Assembly (NCBI GenBank): GCA_034422835.1
Contig: DAOUJJ010000011.1
Location: 2,942 to 66,941, forward strand
Direction of reading: 5' to 3'
Length of the DNA stretch: 64,000 bases
From: Dehalococcoidia bacterium
GTDB taxonomy: Bacteria; Chloroflexota; Dehalococcoidia; UBA6926
Made by a program: the position numbers and the translations under genes. The notes beneath the pieces are model-generated. The model saw nothing but the letters and a program-made list of their open reading frames with translations, did no database searches and was not told where the DNA came from. Every line of letters starts with the position of its first letter. Position 1 is the first letter of the stretch. Below, piece by piece: positions 9,674 to 19,426 of the stretch.

Positions 9674-10453
9674 ATGACACAGCGCTTTCCGCGAGAGTGC
9701 GCTCGGTGCGGCAAGAATAAGCCGCCGTGGTTCAAGTATTGCGGCGAGTGCTACGCGGCTTTACAGACTGAATCGCTGGAACCTAACAGGTGCGCCGAGC
9801 AGAACTGCGACACGATCATCCCGGATGAGCACTACCTGTGTCGGCCTCATTGGGAACAAGAGAGACGGGGAGTAATCTCCGAGTGCCTTGAGTGCGGCAG
9901 CTTCAAGCCGCCGGAGTATGACTTGTGCCTCATGTGCCAGAGGTCTCAGCGGAGAATAGCCGTGAAACCACCCTCCGGCGCCCGCCCGTATGACCACTAT
10001 GACGGCGCAGACGATCCGAAGGCAAAAGACAAGCGCTACTGGTTCCACAGGCAGAATGACGGTGTCTGCAACTACTGCGGCCGGCAATACCCCTATGACC
10101 AGCTTGAACTGGAGCACATGGTTCCAAAAGCGCAAGGCGGCCCGGACCATAGACGTAACACGCAGCTAGCATGTCGCGTTTGCAACAGAAAAAAGCTCGA
10201 CCTGACGGACCTGGAATTCAGGGAGTTGAATAAAGATCGAATCCCGTCCGAGGAAAGGACTCCTCCTCCAAGAGCTGTCGATCCACAGAGCCTGAGGGCT
10301 CACGGGTCGCGAGCTGAGGACGAAAAACGGGACGAACATGTGTCCGGCGGCAGTCTTCGCACTGTCAGCCATTGGACTGGTGGCGGGCTTCTTCATGGAG
10401 CCAACCGTCAAGGACTAGCTGAGCGAGACACTTGCGATGCCACGAAGTTTTAG
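9674..10453 (+). CDS. HNH endonuclease with three N-terminal Cys-rich modules
   Basis: CNYCG...LELEHMVPKAQGGPDHRRNTQLACRVCNRKK; N-terminal CxxC...CxxC modules; SD GAAGGAG before ATG 9674. Confidence 0.8.
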   Translation: MTQRFPRECARCGKNKPPWFKYCGECYAALQTESLEPNRCAEQNCDTIIPDEHYLCRPHWEQERRGVISECLECGSFKPPEYDLCLMCQRSQRRIAVKPPSGARPYDHYDGADDPKAKDKRYWFHRQNDGVCNYCGRQYPYDQLELEHMVPKAQGGPDHRRNTQLACRVCNRKKLDLTDLEFRELNKDRIPSEERTPPPRAVDPQSLRAHGSRAEDEKRDEHVSGGSLRTVSHWTGGGLLHGANRQGLAERDTCDATKF

Positions 10454-10478
10454 GGATGTCTTCGGACACGGATGGCGC

Positions 10479-10715
10479 ATGATGATGCTAGAGCAACGTT
10501 TGCTTGGCGAGCACATTTATCAGCGAGACATCCGCCATCTGGTTATCGACGACCATGTCGGAGAAATCGTTGCAATCGATACACGTTCGGGGAACTGGGC
10601 ACTAGGCAAAGATTCCGACGAGGCGTCGCAACTCCTACGAGAGAAATGTCCCGGCGTGAGTCAGATCCTCTTGTTCACGATCGGCATAGCGGGAGAGGAC
10701 AGTGCCGGAAGATAG
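10479..10715 (+). CDS. Small hypothetical protein (GEIVAID...SG motif family)
   Basis: GEHIYQRDIR...GEIVAIDTRSGNWALG resembles a widespread small-protein family (recalled, not searched). Confidence 0.5.
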   Translation: MMMLEQRLLGEHIYQRDIRHLVIDDHVGEIVAIDTRSGNWALGKDSDEASQLLREKCPGVSQILLFTIGIAGEDSAGR

Positions 10716-10717
10716 CG

Positions 10718-11227
10718 TCACTCCCACAGGCCGAGTCCTTCCCACCGGGCATCGCTCTCCGCCTCTCGCAGTTCATCCTCGTAGCAGGGGTTGAGATTGA
10801 GGGAGAAATCGTAGGCGCGGGCAAGGCCGGCAGCGACGAGTTCGCGGTTGACGTGGGTTGCGCCGGCGAAGACGTGGCGTAGGAGGCGGCCATACCGATC
10901 CGCCTCCTCTTCGCACTTTTCAAGGCGGATAGGTTGGCCCAGCGTCAAGTGCTTCACCACCTCAGCCGCCTCATCGAAGAACGGCTCGCCGCGCTCCGGG
11001 GCATCGATGCCGAGCAATCGAACGCGTGCCTCCGGGCAGCAGACGTCCACCGTATCCCCGTCGATGACACGAGTAACGCGGAGTGCAGCGGCATCCTGAG
11101 TAGGCGCCAGGGTGGCGGCTGGCGCGGAATCCGTATCCATCGGGCCACTCTCAGGCGAGGCGCAGGCAGCCGCGGCGAGAAGGACGACGGTGAGCGCCAC
11201 GAGCAAAACGGATAAACGCTGAATCAT
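10718..11227 (-). CDS. Thermonuclease (SNase-like) lipoprotein
   Basis: Lipobox LAAAAC; VTRVIDGDTV, VRLLGIDAPE, DRYGRLLRHV, NRELVAAGLA. Confidence 0.9.
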   Translation of the reverse strand: MIQRLSVLLVALTVVLLAAAACASPESGPMDTDSAPAATLAPTQDAAALRVTRVIDGDTVDVCCPEARVRLLGIDAPERGEPFFDEAAEVVKHLTLGQPIRLEKCEEEADRYGRLLRHVFAGATHVNRELVAAGLARAYDFSLNLNPCYEDELREAESDARWEGLGLWE

Positions 11228-11289
11228 ATCGTGAGACTACAGGACGGCACGACACCGACGGAATTATGCTCCGCTACAATGGATAAATT

Positions 11290-12819
11290 ATGACTGCTAT
11301 CGCTGACGTTGCGACTGAGGTTGCCCTTGAGCCTGTTATCGGGCTTGAGGTGCACGCGCAGCTGCTCACGAAGAGCAAGATGTTCTGCGGGTGCTCCACG
11401 GACTACACGGGCGCCGAACCGAATACCCGCGTCTGCCCCGTCTGTATGGGCCTCCCCGGCACACTGCCCGTCATCAACCGGCAGGCAGTCGCAGCGACAA
11501 TCATGACCGCCCTCGCGCTGAACTGTGAGATTGCCGAGGATACCAAGTTCGACCGCAAGAACTACCCCTACCCTGACCTGATGAAGGGATACCAGATCTC
11601 CCAGTACGATATGCCGCTTTCACACAACGGCTGGCTGGAAATCGAGCCTCAGGACGGCGAAACGCGCAAGGTCGGCATCACCCGCGTACATCTTGAAGAG
11701 GACACCGCCCGCCTGACACACCGCGTCGACGTGACCGGCGAGACGTATTCACTCGTGGACATCAACCGGTCCGGCATACCACTCATGGAAGTGGTCGGCG
11801 AGCCTGACCTGCGCTCGCCGGAGGAGGCACGCCTCTACCTGACAAAGCTCCGTTCAATCCTGCAATACCTCGGCGTTTCCACCGGCAACATGGAGGAGGG
11901 CAGCTTCCGCTGCGACGCCAATATCTCTATGCGCAAGCCCGGCGACCCCCTGCCCAACTGGAAGGTTGAGGTCAAGAACATGAACTCCTTCCGCGCCGTC
12001 TTTCGCGCGCTGGAGTTCGAAGTACAGCGGCAAACAGACCTGATTCAACGCGGAGAGCGAATCCCACAAGAGACACGCGGCTGGTCCGAGGAGGCGGGCG
12101 CGACTCTCTCCCAGCGTTCAAAGGAATACGCGCAGGACTACCGCTATTTCCCGGAGCCGGACTTACCGCCGCTGATTGTCAGCAGGGAGTGGGTCGACGA
12201 GCTGCGACAGTCGCTCCCCGAGTTACCGGATGCGCGCCGCGCACGCTTTATGAGTGACTTCGCCCTATCCCTTTATGACGCCGGCCTGCTCACGGCAAGC
12301 CGCTCTACCGCCGACTACTTCGAGCAAGCATTGAAGGCATCACCGCAGACGCAGGGGGCTGCTCAGCAGGCGCGGGCAAAGGCGGTGGCGAACTGGATTG
12401 TCGGGGACCTGGCACACCTGCTTAGCGAGGCAGACACGGACATCGGGGACTCCCCCGTCTCCGCTTCTGCCATGGCCGCAATGCTTGACCTGATGGACGA
12501 CGGGACAATCAGCGTCCGCATGGCCAAAGAGGTCTTCCCGGAGATGTTCGATACGGGCAGGAGCCCCGGGCAGCTTGTCAAGGAAAAGGGCCTAACCCAA
12601 ATCAACGACCAGGACGCGCTGGCCGCCGCAGTTCGAGAGGCGATTGAAGCGAACCCGAAAGCCGTCACCGACTTTCAGAAGGGCAAGCAGAACGCCGTGG
12701 GATTCCTCGTTGGCCAGGTAATGCGAGCAACGCGGGGACAGGCAAACCCGCAGACGGCCAACCAGTTGGTGGCTGAGCAGCTGCAGGCGCTCGCGCCGTC
12801 TGACAATCAGGCACAATAG
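11290..12819 (+). CDS. gatB: Asp/Glu-tRNA amidotransferase subunit B
   Basis: [31 protein letters not shown]. Confidence 0.97.
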   Translation: MTAIADVATEVALEPVIGLEVHAQLLTKSKMFCGCSTDYTGAEPNTRVCPVCMGLPGTLPVINRQAVAATIMTALALNCEIAEDTKFDRKNYPYPDLMKGYQISQYDMPLSHNGWLEIEPQDGETRKVGITRVHLEEDTARLTHRVDVTGETYSLVDINRSGIPLMEVVGEPDLRSPEEARLYLTKLRSILQYLGVSTGNMEEGSFRCDANISMRKPGDPLPNWKVEVKNMNSFRAVFRALEFEVQRQTDLIQRGERIPQETRGWSEEAGATLSQRSKEYAQDYRYFPEPDLPPLIVSREWVDELRQSLPELPDARRARFMSDFALSLYDAGLLTASRSTADYFEQALKASPQTQGAAQQARAKAVANWIVGDLAHLLSEADTDIGDSPVSASAMAAMLDLMDDGTISVRMAKEVFPEMFDTGRSPGQLVKEKGLTQINDQDALAAAVREAIEANPKAVTDFQKGKQNAVGFLVGQVMRATRGQANPQTANQLVAEQLQALAPSDNQAQ

Positions 12820-12855
12820 ACGGAGCGAATCGATCTCGCTACAGGGACGGAATCA

Positions 12856-13080
12856 ATGATCAATGTCATCATCCACGTATTGCAGCTTCTTGTGGCCGTG
12901 CTCCTAATCGGCGCGATCCTGTTGCAGGTGCGGACACAGGACCTGGGCGGGGTGTTCGGCGCGGGCGCATCCGTTTTCCGCGCCCGGCGCGGCTTTGAGA
13001 AGACCCTCTTTCAAGCCACAATCGGCCTCGCCGTCATCTTTGTGGTATTGGCGATAGCCAGTTCCCGCTTTACGGGCTAG
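12856..13080 (+). CDS. secG: Preprotein translocase subunit SecG
   Basis: Two TM helices around LLQVRTQDLGGVFG...RRGFEKTL. Confidence 0.88.
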   Translation: MINVIIHVLQLLVAVLLIGAILLQVRTQDLGGVFGAGASVFRARRGFEKTLFQATIGLAVIFVVLAIASSRFTG

Positions 13081-13568
13081 GGCAGCCGCCTCGCGCCATG
13101 CGGGTTGTGGTTGGCGTGGTATTCCGTGGCGTCGTTCACCTCTAGCGCATGATCGGCAAGTCGCAGCGCCGCCTCCCCCGCTGTGAGTGAGCCGCCTTCC
13201 TCCGCCGGCTTCACGTGGATGAAGAAGTCGTCACCCATCTCCGGTGTCGGAAACTGGTCCGGCCAGAAGAAGGTGAAACCCGCCTGCTGCGCAGTCTGTT
13301 GATCCAGCGGACGGTCGCCAACGTGCCAATATGTTGCCAGATCCGGATACCGTGCCTTGAGTGTCGGCATATTGTGTTTCAGCAGGACGAAATCGGGTTC
13401 AAGGCCATAGCCGCGCCACATGATGAGTTGGGAACTCTCCGGCCTGTCCGACGCGCTGCCGACAATTGCGCCCTTGGATCGGAAATACTCAACGTGCTCG
13501 CGTGTCAGGATGCCGTTCGGATCGCCGAACTCCATCGTTCCGTCAATATCAAATGTGATAAGCCACAC
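13077..13568 (-). CDS. HAD-superfamily hydrolase-like protein
   Basis: Motif I FDIDGT; motif IV HVGDRPLD. Confidence 0.7.
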   Translation of the reverse strand: MWLITFDIDGTMEFGDPNGILTREHVEYFRSKGAIVGSASDRPESSQLIMWRGYGLEPDFVLLKHNMPTLKARYPDLATYWHVGDRPLDQQTAQQAGFTFFWPDQFPTPEMGDDFFIHVKPAEEGGSLTAGEAALRLADHALEVNDATEYHANHNPHGARRLP

Positions 13569-13591
13569 GAGAAATCTCGTCTCCCAACAAA

Positions 13592-14971
13592 TTAGTTCCC
13601 GTCGCGCCGTTCAAAGCGCCACTCTGTTCCCCGTGGCGTGTCTTCCAACACAACCCCCAACTCGGCGAGTCGGTCCCGCAGGTTGTCCGCCAACGCGAAC
13701 TGCTTCTCCTTGCGCAGCCCGGCCCGCGTCTCGATTAGCAATTCCACAAACGGAGCGACATCGCCCGTGCCGCCGGAGCCGGGCTGCTCCAGCCGCAAAC
13801 CCAGCACGCCGCCCAGTTCACGGAGCAGCGCGCATGCCCCGGAAACGTCAGCGCCATCCCCCGCCGCGCGGTTGATCTCCCGCGCCATGTCAAACATCGC
13901 CGCCAACGCCTGCGGGGTATTAAAGTCATCATCCATGGACTCGTAGAAACGCCCCTTGAAAGCGGACTTATCAGGCGCATCGCCTTCGCCGCCGACTGCC
14001 CATGCGGCGCGGGACAGTCGCTCTGCCGCGCGGGCCGACGCCGCCACGCCCTCATCCGTCCACGTCAGCGGCATCCGGTAGTGAGATGTCAGCACGAACA
14101 ACCGAAAGGCGTCTGCGCCGTGCTGCTCAACAACATCCCGGATGGACACGAGGTTGCCGAGCGACTTGCTCATCTTCTCCTCGCCCATCTGCAGTAGGCC
14201 GTTGTGGAGCCAGTACTGGGCGAATGGTTCGGTTCCGGTAAACGCCTCCGTCTGTGCGATTTCGTTCTCGTGGTGCGGGAATATCAGGTCTGCTCCGCCG
14301 CCGTGAATATCAATCTTCTCGCCCAGGTAGCTCAGGGACATGGCCGAGCATTCGATATGCCAGCCGGGGCGGCCGGGGCCCCACGGGCTGTCCCATGCCG
14401 GCTCGCCCTCTTTCGCGCCCTTCCAGAGCGTGAAATCCAGCGGCGATTCCTTTAATTCGTTGGGCGCGATGCGCGCCCCCGCCATCATCCCGTCCAGCGT
14501 GCGGTGCGAGAGCTTGCCGTAGCTATCGAACTTGTTGACGCGGAAGTAGACGTCACCGCCCGCGGCATACGCAAATCCCTTGTCGATAAGGCCGGAGATC
14601 ATCTCCAACATCGAGGGGACTTCCACCGTCGCCAGAGGGTATTCATCCGCAGGCAGCACGTTCAGCAACGCCATGTCCTCTCTAAAGAGGTCCATGTAGC
14701 GGCCCGCAAGATCCGACGCCGTCTCGCCCGTCTCCTGGGACCGCGCGATAATCTTGTCGTCAACGTCCGTGAAGTTCTGCACCACTTTCACGTTGTAGCC
14801 GCGATGGGCGAGATAGCGCCTCACCACGTCAAAGATGACGTAGCTCATACCGTGCCCGACATGCGAATCGGAGTACGGGGTAACGCCGCAGACATACATG
14901 AGAACGTCCGGTGGATTATGCGGCGTGAACTCGGTCTTCTCGCCGGTCAGTGTGCTTGTCAGGCGCAGCAT
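13592..14971 (-). CDS. cysS: Cysteine--tRNA ligase
   Basis: YVCGVTPY...[37 protein letters not shown]. Confidence 0.97.
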   Translation of the reverse strand: MLRLTSTLTGEKTEFTPHNPPDVLMYVCGVTPYSDSHVGHGMSYVIFDVVRRYLAHRGYNVKVVQNFTDVDDKIIARSQETGETASDLAGRYMDLFREDMALLNVLPADEYPLATVEVPSMLEMISGLIDKGFAYAAGGDVYFRVNKFDSYGKLSHRTLDGMMAGARIAPNELKESPLDFTLWKGAKEGEPAWDSPWGPGRPGWHIECSAMSLSYLGEKIDIHGGGADLIFPHHENEIAQTEAFTGTEPFAQYWLHNGLLQMGEEKMSKSLGNLVSIRDVVEQHGADAFRLFVLTSHYRMPLTWTDEGVAASARAAERLSRAAWAVGGEGDAPDKSAFKGRFYESMDDDFNTPQALAAMFDMAREINRAAGDGADVSGACALLRELGGVLGLRLEQPGSGGTGDVAPFVELLIETRAGLRKEKQFALADNLRDRLAELGVVLEDTPRGTEWRFERRDGN

Positions 14972-15462
14972 CAGGCCCCGGCCTCAAGCGCAACGATGAC
15001 ATGGGCGGCGATGACTGCGGCTCCCTCTGCGCTGCCCAGCGGCAGACCCTCAAGCGTCTTGAATTTCAGGTTCAGTTTGTCGGGCTCGACTCGAAGTTTC
15101 ATGGCAAGAGATTGAATCATGGCGTCCCGATACGGACCAAGGCGGGGCGCGTCCGCATAGAGCGTAGCATCGGCATTTCCCAGCCGCAATTGACGCCCCT
15201 CCACCTCATCCATCGCCCGCCTCAGCAGCTCCATGCTGTCGGCGTCCTTGTAGGCGGGATCGGTGCTGGGGAAATGCTGGCCGATGTCACCCAACCCCGC
15301 CGCGCCCAGCACCGCATCCGTCAGCGCGTGCGCCAGCACGTCCCCGTCCGAATGGCCAAGCGGTCCACGATCATGCTCAATCTTGACTCCGCCCAGGATG
15401 AGCGTCCTGCCCTCCACCAACGGATGGCTGTCAAATCCGAGCCCAACGCGTACGGCAGCCAC
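14971..15462 (-). CDS. ispF: 2-C-methyl-D-erythritol 2,4-cyclodiphosphate synthase
   Basis: RVGLGFDSH, GHSDGDVLAHA, GDIGQHFP. Confidence 0.95.
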   Translation of the reverse strand: MAAVRVGLGFDSHPLVEGRTLILGGVKIEHDRGPLGHSDGDVLAHALTDAVLGAAGLGDIGQHFPSTDPAYKDADSMELLRRAMDEVEGRQLRLGNADATLYADAPRLGPYRDAMIQSLAMKLRVEPDKLNLKFKTLEGLPLGSAEGAAVIAAHVIVALEAGA

Positions 15463-16178
15463 TATGAACCCGCCTCTGATTCGTCAGGCGCAGTATTGCC
15501 CTGTTGACGGAGGATCGCTTCGGCAACCGCCACGTCAGTTGGCGTCGTCACCTTGATATTGCCTGCGTCGCCCTCAAAGAGATGGACCGGCTCACCAAGC
15601 GCCTCCACCAGGCTTGCATCATCCAGCACAAGGTCCGCTGGAGCCTCTGCGTGGGCGCGTTTCAGCAGTTCGGTGCGAAAGGCCTGCGGGGTCTGCGCGG
15701 CGTACAACCGCGACCTGTCCGGCGTTGCGGCAATCCGTCCGTCCTGCCCCGCTTCCTTAATAGTGTCTTGCACCGGCACAGCGGGGACCCCCGCTCCATG
15801 TTCACGCGCAGCCGCCACGCCTCTTGCAATGAGATCTGTCGTGATACACGGGCGCGCGCCGTCATGAACCAACGTGTTTTCACTGCCATCCGGCGCGGCT
15901 TGCAGACCGGCAAGGACAGATTCGCGGCGAGTATTGCCCCCGGCGCACACTGCGGACACCTTGCACAACCCCAACGAAGAGACCAAAGACGCCGCCTTTT
16001 CGACAGAGTCGGACGCAACAACAAGCACAATGTGGTCGACATCGTGGGAATCTTCCATCGCGCGCAGCGGGTACGCGACCATCTCGCGGCCAAGCAACGG
16101 CGTGAAAGCCTTTTGCACGCCGCCCATCCGCTCGCCGGAACCGGCGGCGACAATGATACCGGTGGTCCTGCCCGCCAT
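15462..16178 (-). CDS. ispD: 2-C-methyl-D-erythritol 4-phosphate cytidylyltransferase
   Basis: IIVAAGSGERMG, LVHDGARP, AQTPQAF, NIKVTTPTD. Confidence 0.95.
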   Translation of the reverse strand: MAGRTTGIIVAAGSGERMGGVQKAFTPLLGREMVAYPLRAMEDSHDVDHIVLVVASDSVEKAASLVSSLGLCKVSAVCAGGNTRRESVLAGLQAAPDGSENTLVHDGARPCITTDLIARGVAAAREHGAGVPAVPVQDTIKEAGQDGRIAATPDRSRLYAAQTPQAFRTELLKRAHAEAPADLVLDDASLVEALGEPVHLFEGDAGNIKVTTPTDVAVAEAILRQQGNTAPDESEAGS

Positions 16179-18673
16179 TATCGTGTCACGAGATTGAGCA
16201 GGCGGCCCGGCACGTAGATGACACGGGCCGGGTCCGCGCCGTTCAGCGCCGTCTGTATCTTTTCGCTGGCCAGCGCGACCTCTCGCGCGGCGTCCTCTGC
16301 AATATCGGCGGCAACCGTCAGCCTGTCCCGCAGTTTGCCGTCCACCTGGACTATCAGTGTGATCTCTTCTGACCTTGTCAGCGACTCATCGTACTCCGGC
16401 CATGGCTGTTGGTGGATCGAATACGGCTTGCCCGTCATCTCCCACAGTTCTTCCGTCAGATGCGGCGCGATTGGCGCGAGCAGCAGGAGCAAAGTGTCAT
16501 ACGCCTCACGCCACTCCGGGCTGCGCGCCGCCTCGGGGTTGTCAGATTCGATGCGCGAAAGCATATTTGTGAACGTCATCAGCGCCGCAATCATCGTGTT
16601 GAACTGGAAACCCTCGATGTCTTCGGTCGCCTTTTGGATCGTGCGGTGCATTTCACGGGTCAGATCAGTGGCAATGTCGCTCGGCGCGGGCGCACCTTCC
16701 TCACGGGATCGGGTCTCGCACAACTCCCACACACGGTTGAACCATCGCGGTATGCCACGGATGCCCTGCGTGCTCCACGCCCCGCCCTGGTCCCACGGCC
16801 CAACGAACATCAAATATGCGCGAACTGCGTCCGCGCCAAGCAGCGCCGTCTGTTCATCCGGGTTCACGACGTTGCCGCGGCTCTTGGACATCTTTTCGTG
16901 GTCCTCGCCGAGAATGACGCCCTGGTTGAACAGCCGCTTGAAAGGTTCATCGAAGGTCAGCAGGCCAAGGTCCCGCAGCGCCTTTGTGAAGAATCGGGCG
17001 TAGAGCAGATGCATGACGGCGTGCTCCGCGCCGCCCGTATAGAGGTCAACGGGCGCCCATCGCTGCATTTCCTCCGGATCAAATGCCGTATCCGTGCCGG
17101 CATCGGGGCTCGTATAACGGAACTGGTACCATGCCGAGTCGACGAAGGTATCCATGGTGTCCGTCTCGCGTTCGGCATCCTCGTTGTCGCACTCAGGGCA
17201 CTTCGTGCGGCGGAATCCATCGTGGTACTTGAGCGGTGACTCGCCCGTTGGCAGGAACTCTGCATCCTCGGGTAAGACGACCGGCAGCTGGTCCTCAGGA
17301 ACCGGCACGATGCCGCAGTCGTCGCAGTAGATAATCGGGATCGGCGTGCCCCAGTACCGCTGGCGAGAGACCAGCCAGTCTCTCATACGATAGGAAACGG
17401 TCGGCCCACCCCACCCGTTCTCCTCAAGGTGCTTCGCAACGGCTGCTTTGCCATCCTCATTCGGCATCCCCGTGAATGGGCCGGAATTGACCATGACGCC
17501 GGGATCGATATACGCCTCGCTCAGCGGCGAGCCGTCATAGCCCTCCGGCGCGATAACCGTCTCGATTGGGATTCCATACTTGGTCGCGAACTCAAAGTCG
17601 CGCTCATCGTGCGCCGGCACGCCCATCACCGCCCCCGTGCCGTAGGTGGCGAGCGCATAGTCGGCAATCCACAGAGCGACCTTCTGGCCATTGAGCCGGT
17701 TGGTGCAATACGTGCCCAGCGGCACGCCCGTCTTTTCCTTGTCCACGGCCAGCCGCTCGATCTCCGTCAGCCGCCGTGCTTGCGCCACATATGCCTCTAC
17801 CTCGGCGCGCTGCTCGTCCGTGGTAAGCGCCGGAACAAGCGGATGCTCGGGGGCGAGCACCATGAAGGTGACGCCATATGTGGTGTCCGGGCGCGTTGTG
17901 AACACGCGGAGTTCATCAACGTCCACTCCGGGAACATCGAGCCCGAAGGAAATCTCAGCGCCTTCTGAGCGCCCGATCCAATTGGTCTGCATCAGGTTGA
18001 TGCGCTCGGGCCAATCAATCTTCGAGTTGTCCAGCAGCTCCTCCGCGTAGTCCGTGATACGGAAGAACCACTGCTCCAAATCCCGCTGGTAAACGACCGT
18101 GCCGCAGCGTTCGCACGTGCCGTCGGCCATGACCTGCTCTCTCGCGAGCGTCGTCTGGTCTTTCTCGCACCAGTTGACCGGAGCCATCGCGCGGTAGGCG
18201 ATGCCCTTCTCAAACATCTTGAGGAAGAAGTACTGGTTCCACTTGTAATACTCGGGCAGGCATGTAATGACCTCCCGCCGCCAGTCATAGCCCGCGCCGA
18301 TGGTCTTGAGCTGATTGCGCATCCGATCGACGTTGTCCAGTGTCCATATCTGCGGATGGATGCCCCGCTGGATGGCGGCGTTCTCTGCGGGCAGGCCGAA
18401 CGCGTCGAAACCCATCGGGTGGAGGACGTTGTAGCCGCGCATCCGCATATAACGCGCGTGGGCGTCCGCGGGGGCCTCCGCATACCAGTGGCCGACGTGC
18501 AGGTCGCCTGAGGTGTACGGGAACATCGTGAGGGCGTACCACGTGGGGCGGGAATCATCGGGGTTGGCCTCATATAGCCCGTCCGCCTCCCAGCGCTTCT
18601 GCCATTTCCGATCAAGCGCGATGGGATCGTATCTGAGGTTGTATGGATTGCCCGCGCGCCGCTCCGCTGCCAT
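16178..18673 (-). CDS. leuS: Leucine--tRNA ligase
   Basis: MFPYTSGDLHVGH, SRQRYWGTPIP, KMSKSRGN. Start set at the ATG of MAAERR (18673). Confidence 0.97.
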   Translation of the reverse strand: MAAERRAGNPYNLRYDPIALDRKWQKRWEADGLYEANPDDSRPTWYALTMFPYTSGDLHVGHWYAEAPADAHARYMRMRGYNVLHPMGFDAFGLPAENAAIQRGIHPQIWTLDNVDRMRNQLKTIGAGYDWRREVITCLPEYYKWNQYFFLKMFEKGIAYRAMAPVNWCEKDQTTLAREQVMADGTCERCGTVVYQRDLEQWFFRITDYAEELLDNSKIDWPERINLMQTNWIGRSEGAEISFGLDVPGVDVDELRVFTTRPDTTYGVTFMVLAPEHPLVPALTTDEQRAEVEAYVAQARRLTEIERLAVDKEKTGVPLGTYCTNRLNGQKVALWIADYALATYGTGAVMGVPAHDERDFEFATKYGIPIETVIAPEGYDGSPLSEAYIDPGVMVNSGPFTGMPNEDGKAAVAKHLEENGWGGPTVSYRMRDWLVSRQRYWGTPIPIIYCDDCGIVPVPEDQLPVVLPEDAEFLPTGESPLKYHDGFRRTKCPECDNEDAERETDTMDTFVDSAWYQFRYTSPDAGTDTAFDPEEMQRWAPVDLYTGGAEHAVMHLLYARFFTKALRDLGLLTFDEPFKRLFNQGVILGEDHEKMSKSRGNVVNPDEQTALLGADAVRAYLMFVGPWDQGGAWSTQGIRGIPRWFNRVWELCETRSREEGAPAPSDIATDLTREMHRTIQKATEDIEGFQFNTMIAALMTFTNMLSRIESDNPEAARSPEWREAYDTLLLLLAPIAPHLTEELWEMTGKPYSIHQQPWPEYDESLTRSEEITLIVQVDGKLRDRLTVAADIAEDAAREVALASEKIQTALNGADPARVIYVPGRLLNLVTR

Positions 18674-18787
18674 TGAAATGCCCGCCCTCTGCGTGATTTT
18701 CCACTGCCATAGATGCTTTTGCAGTATACAGGGCGCCATTCTACGGCAGACTTTCAGCACCTATACTGGGACGGCGCAGGGGCAGCA

Positions 18788-19270
18788 ATGAACTACCTTG
18801 TCGAAAAGGTGTCCGAAGACGCCGAAACGAAACAGCACGTCCTCGTCCTCCGCAGCGTACAGGGCGAGGACAGGCTGGCGCTGAACGTGCTGGAGAAGGA
18901 AGCCGTCGTTCTCGGCAGCCTCTTATCGGACGACGGGATGCCGGGCAGGAACGTCCTCGACCACCTCAAGGACACAGCCTCGCGTGGCGCAGGTGTCGTC
19001 CTGGGCATCCAACTGCTATTGATTGAATCGCGCGACGGCCCCGCCCTCACCCCGGTTCTGATCATGCGCAAGGCCGACTCACCCCTCGAACAGGCGGTGC
19101 CGGCCTCGTTGGCGCATGCTGCGGCATGGTCGGTCGCGCTGAATATGCCTTTTGAGATAGACGATGACCTGGTGGCGGCGCTCCAGTCCGTCGTGACCGT
19201 TATTCCCGGTGAGCCGCCCAGCGGTTTTCGTGACTTCCTCGCCGGCCTGGATGAGATAGACCGGGTATAA
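18788..19270 (+). CDS. Divergent bifunctional nuclease (DUF151)-like protein
   Basis: Length and pattern (VLVLRS...LALNV; ASLAHAAAWSVALNMPFEI; FRDFLAGLD) recall DUF151, but the usual conserved RPxTHD and RPSDA motifs are degenerate. Confidence 0.45.
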   Translation: MNYLVEKVSEDAETKQHVLVLRSVQGEDRLALNVLEKEAVVLGSLLSDDGMPGRNVLDHLKDTASRGAGVVLGIQLLLIESRDGPALTPVLIMRKADSPLEQAVPASLAHAAAWSVALNMPFEIDDDLVAALQSVVTVIPGEPPSGFRDFLAGLDEIDRV

Positions 19271-19360
19271 GGATTTGCCTCGTACGGCTTCTCTACCGCA
19301 GTTGATTACGAATGTCTCTGGCCGTCCTGGATTTGTATTTGACTGATTATAATACATCCT

Positions 19361-19379
19361 ATGAATGATAATCATTCAT
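19361..19379. promoter_or_regulatory. Perfect 9-1-9 inverted repeat (operator-like) just downstream of TATAAT
   Basis: ATGAATGAT-A-ATCATTCAT; TATAAT at 19348-19353. Confidence 0.55.
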
Positions 19380-19426
19380 GATGCATATGATTTTCATTCA
19401 CGCCGTGATTGGTTATCATAGATGCC

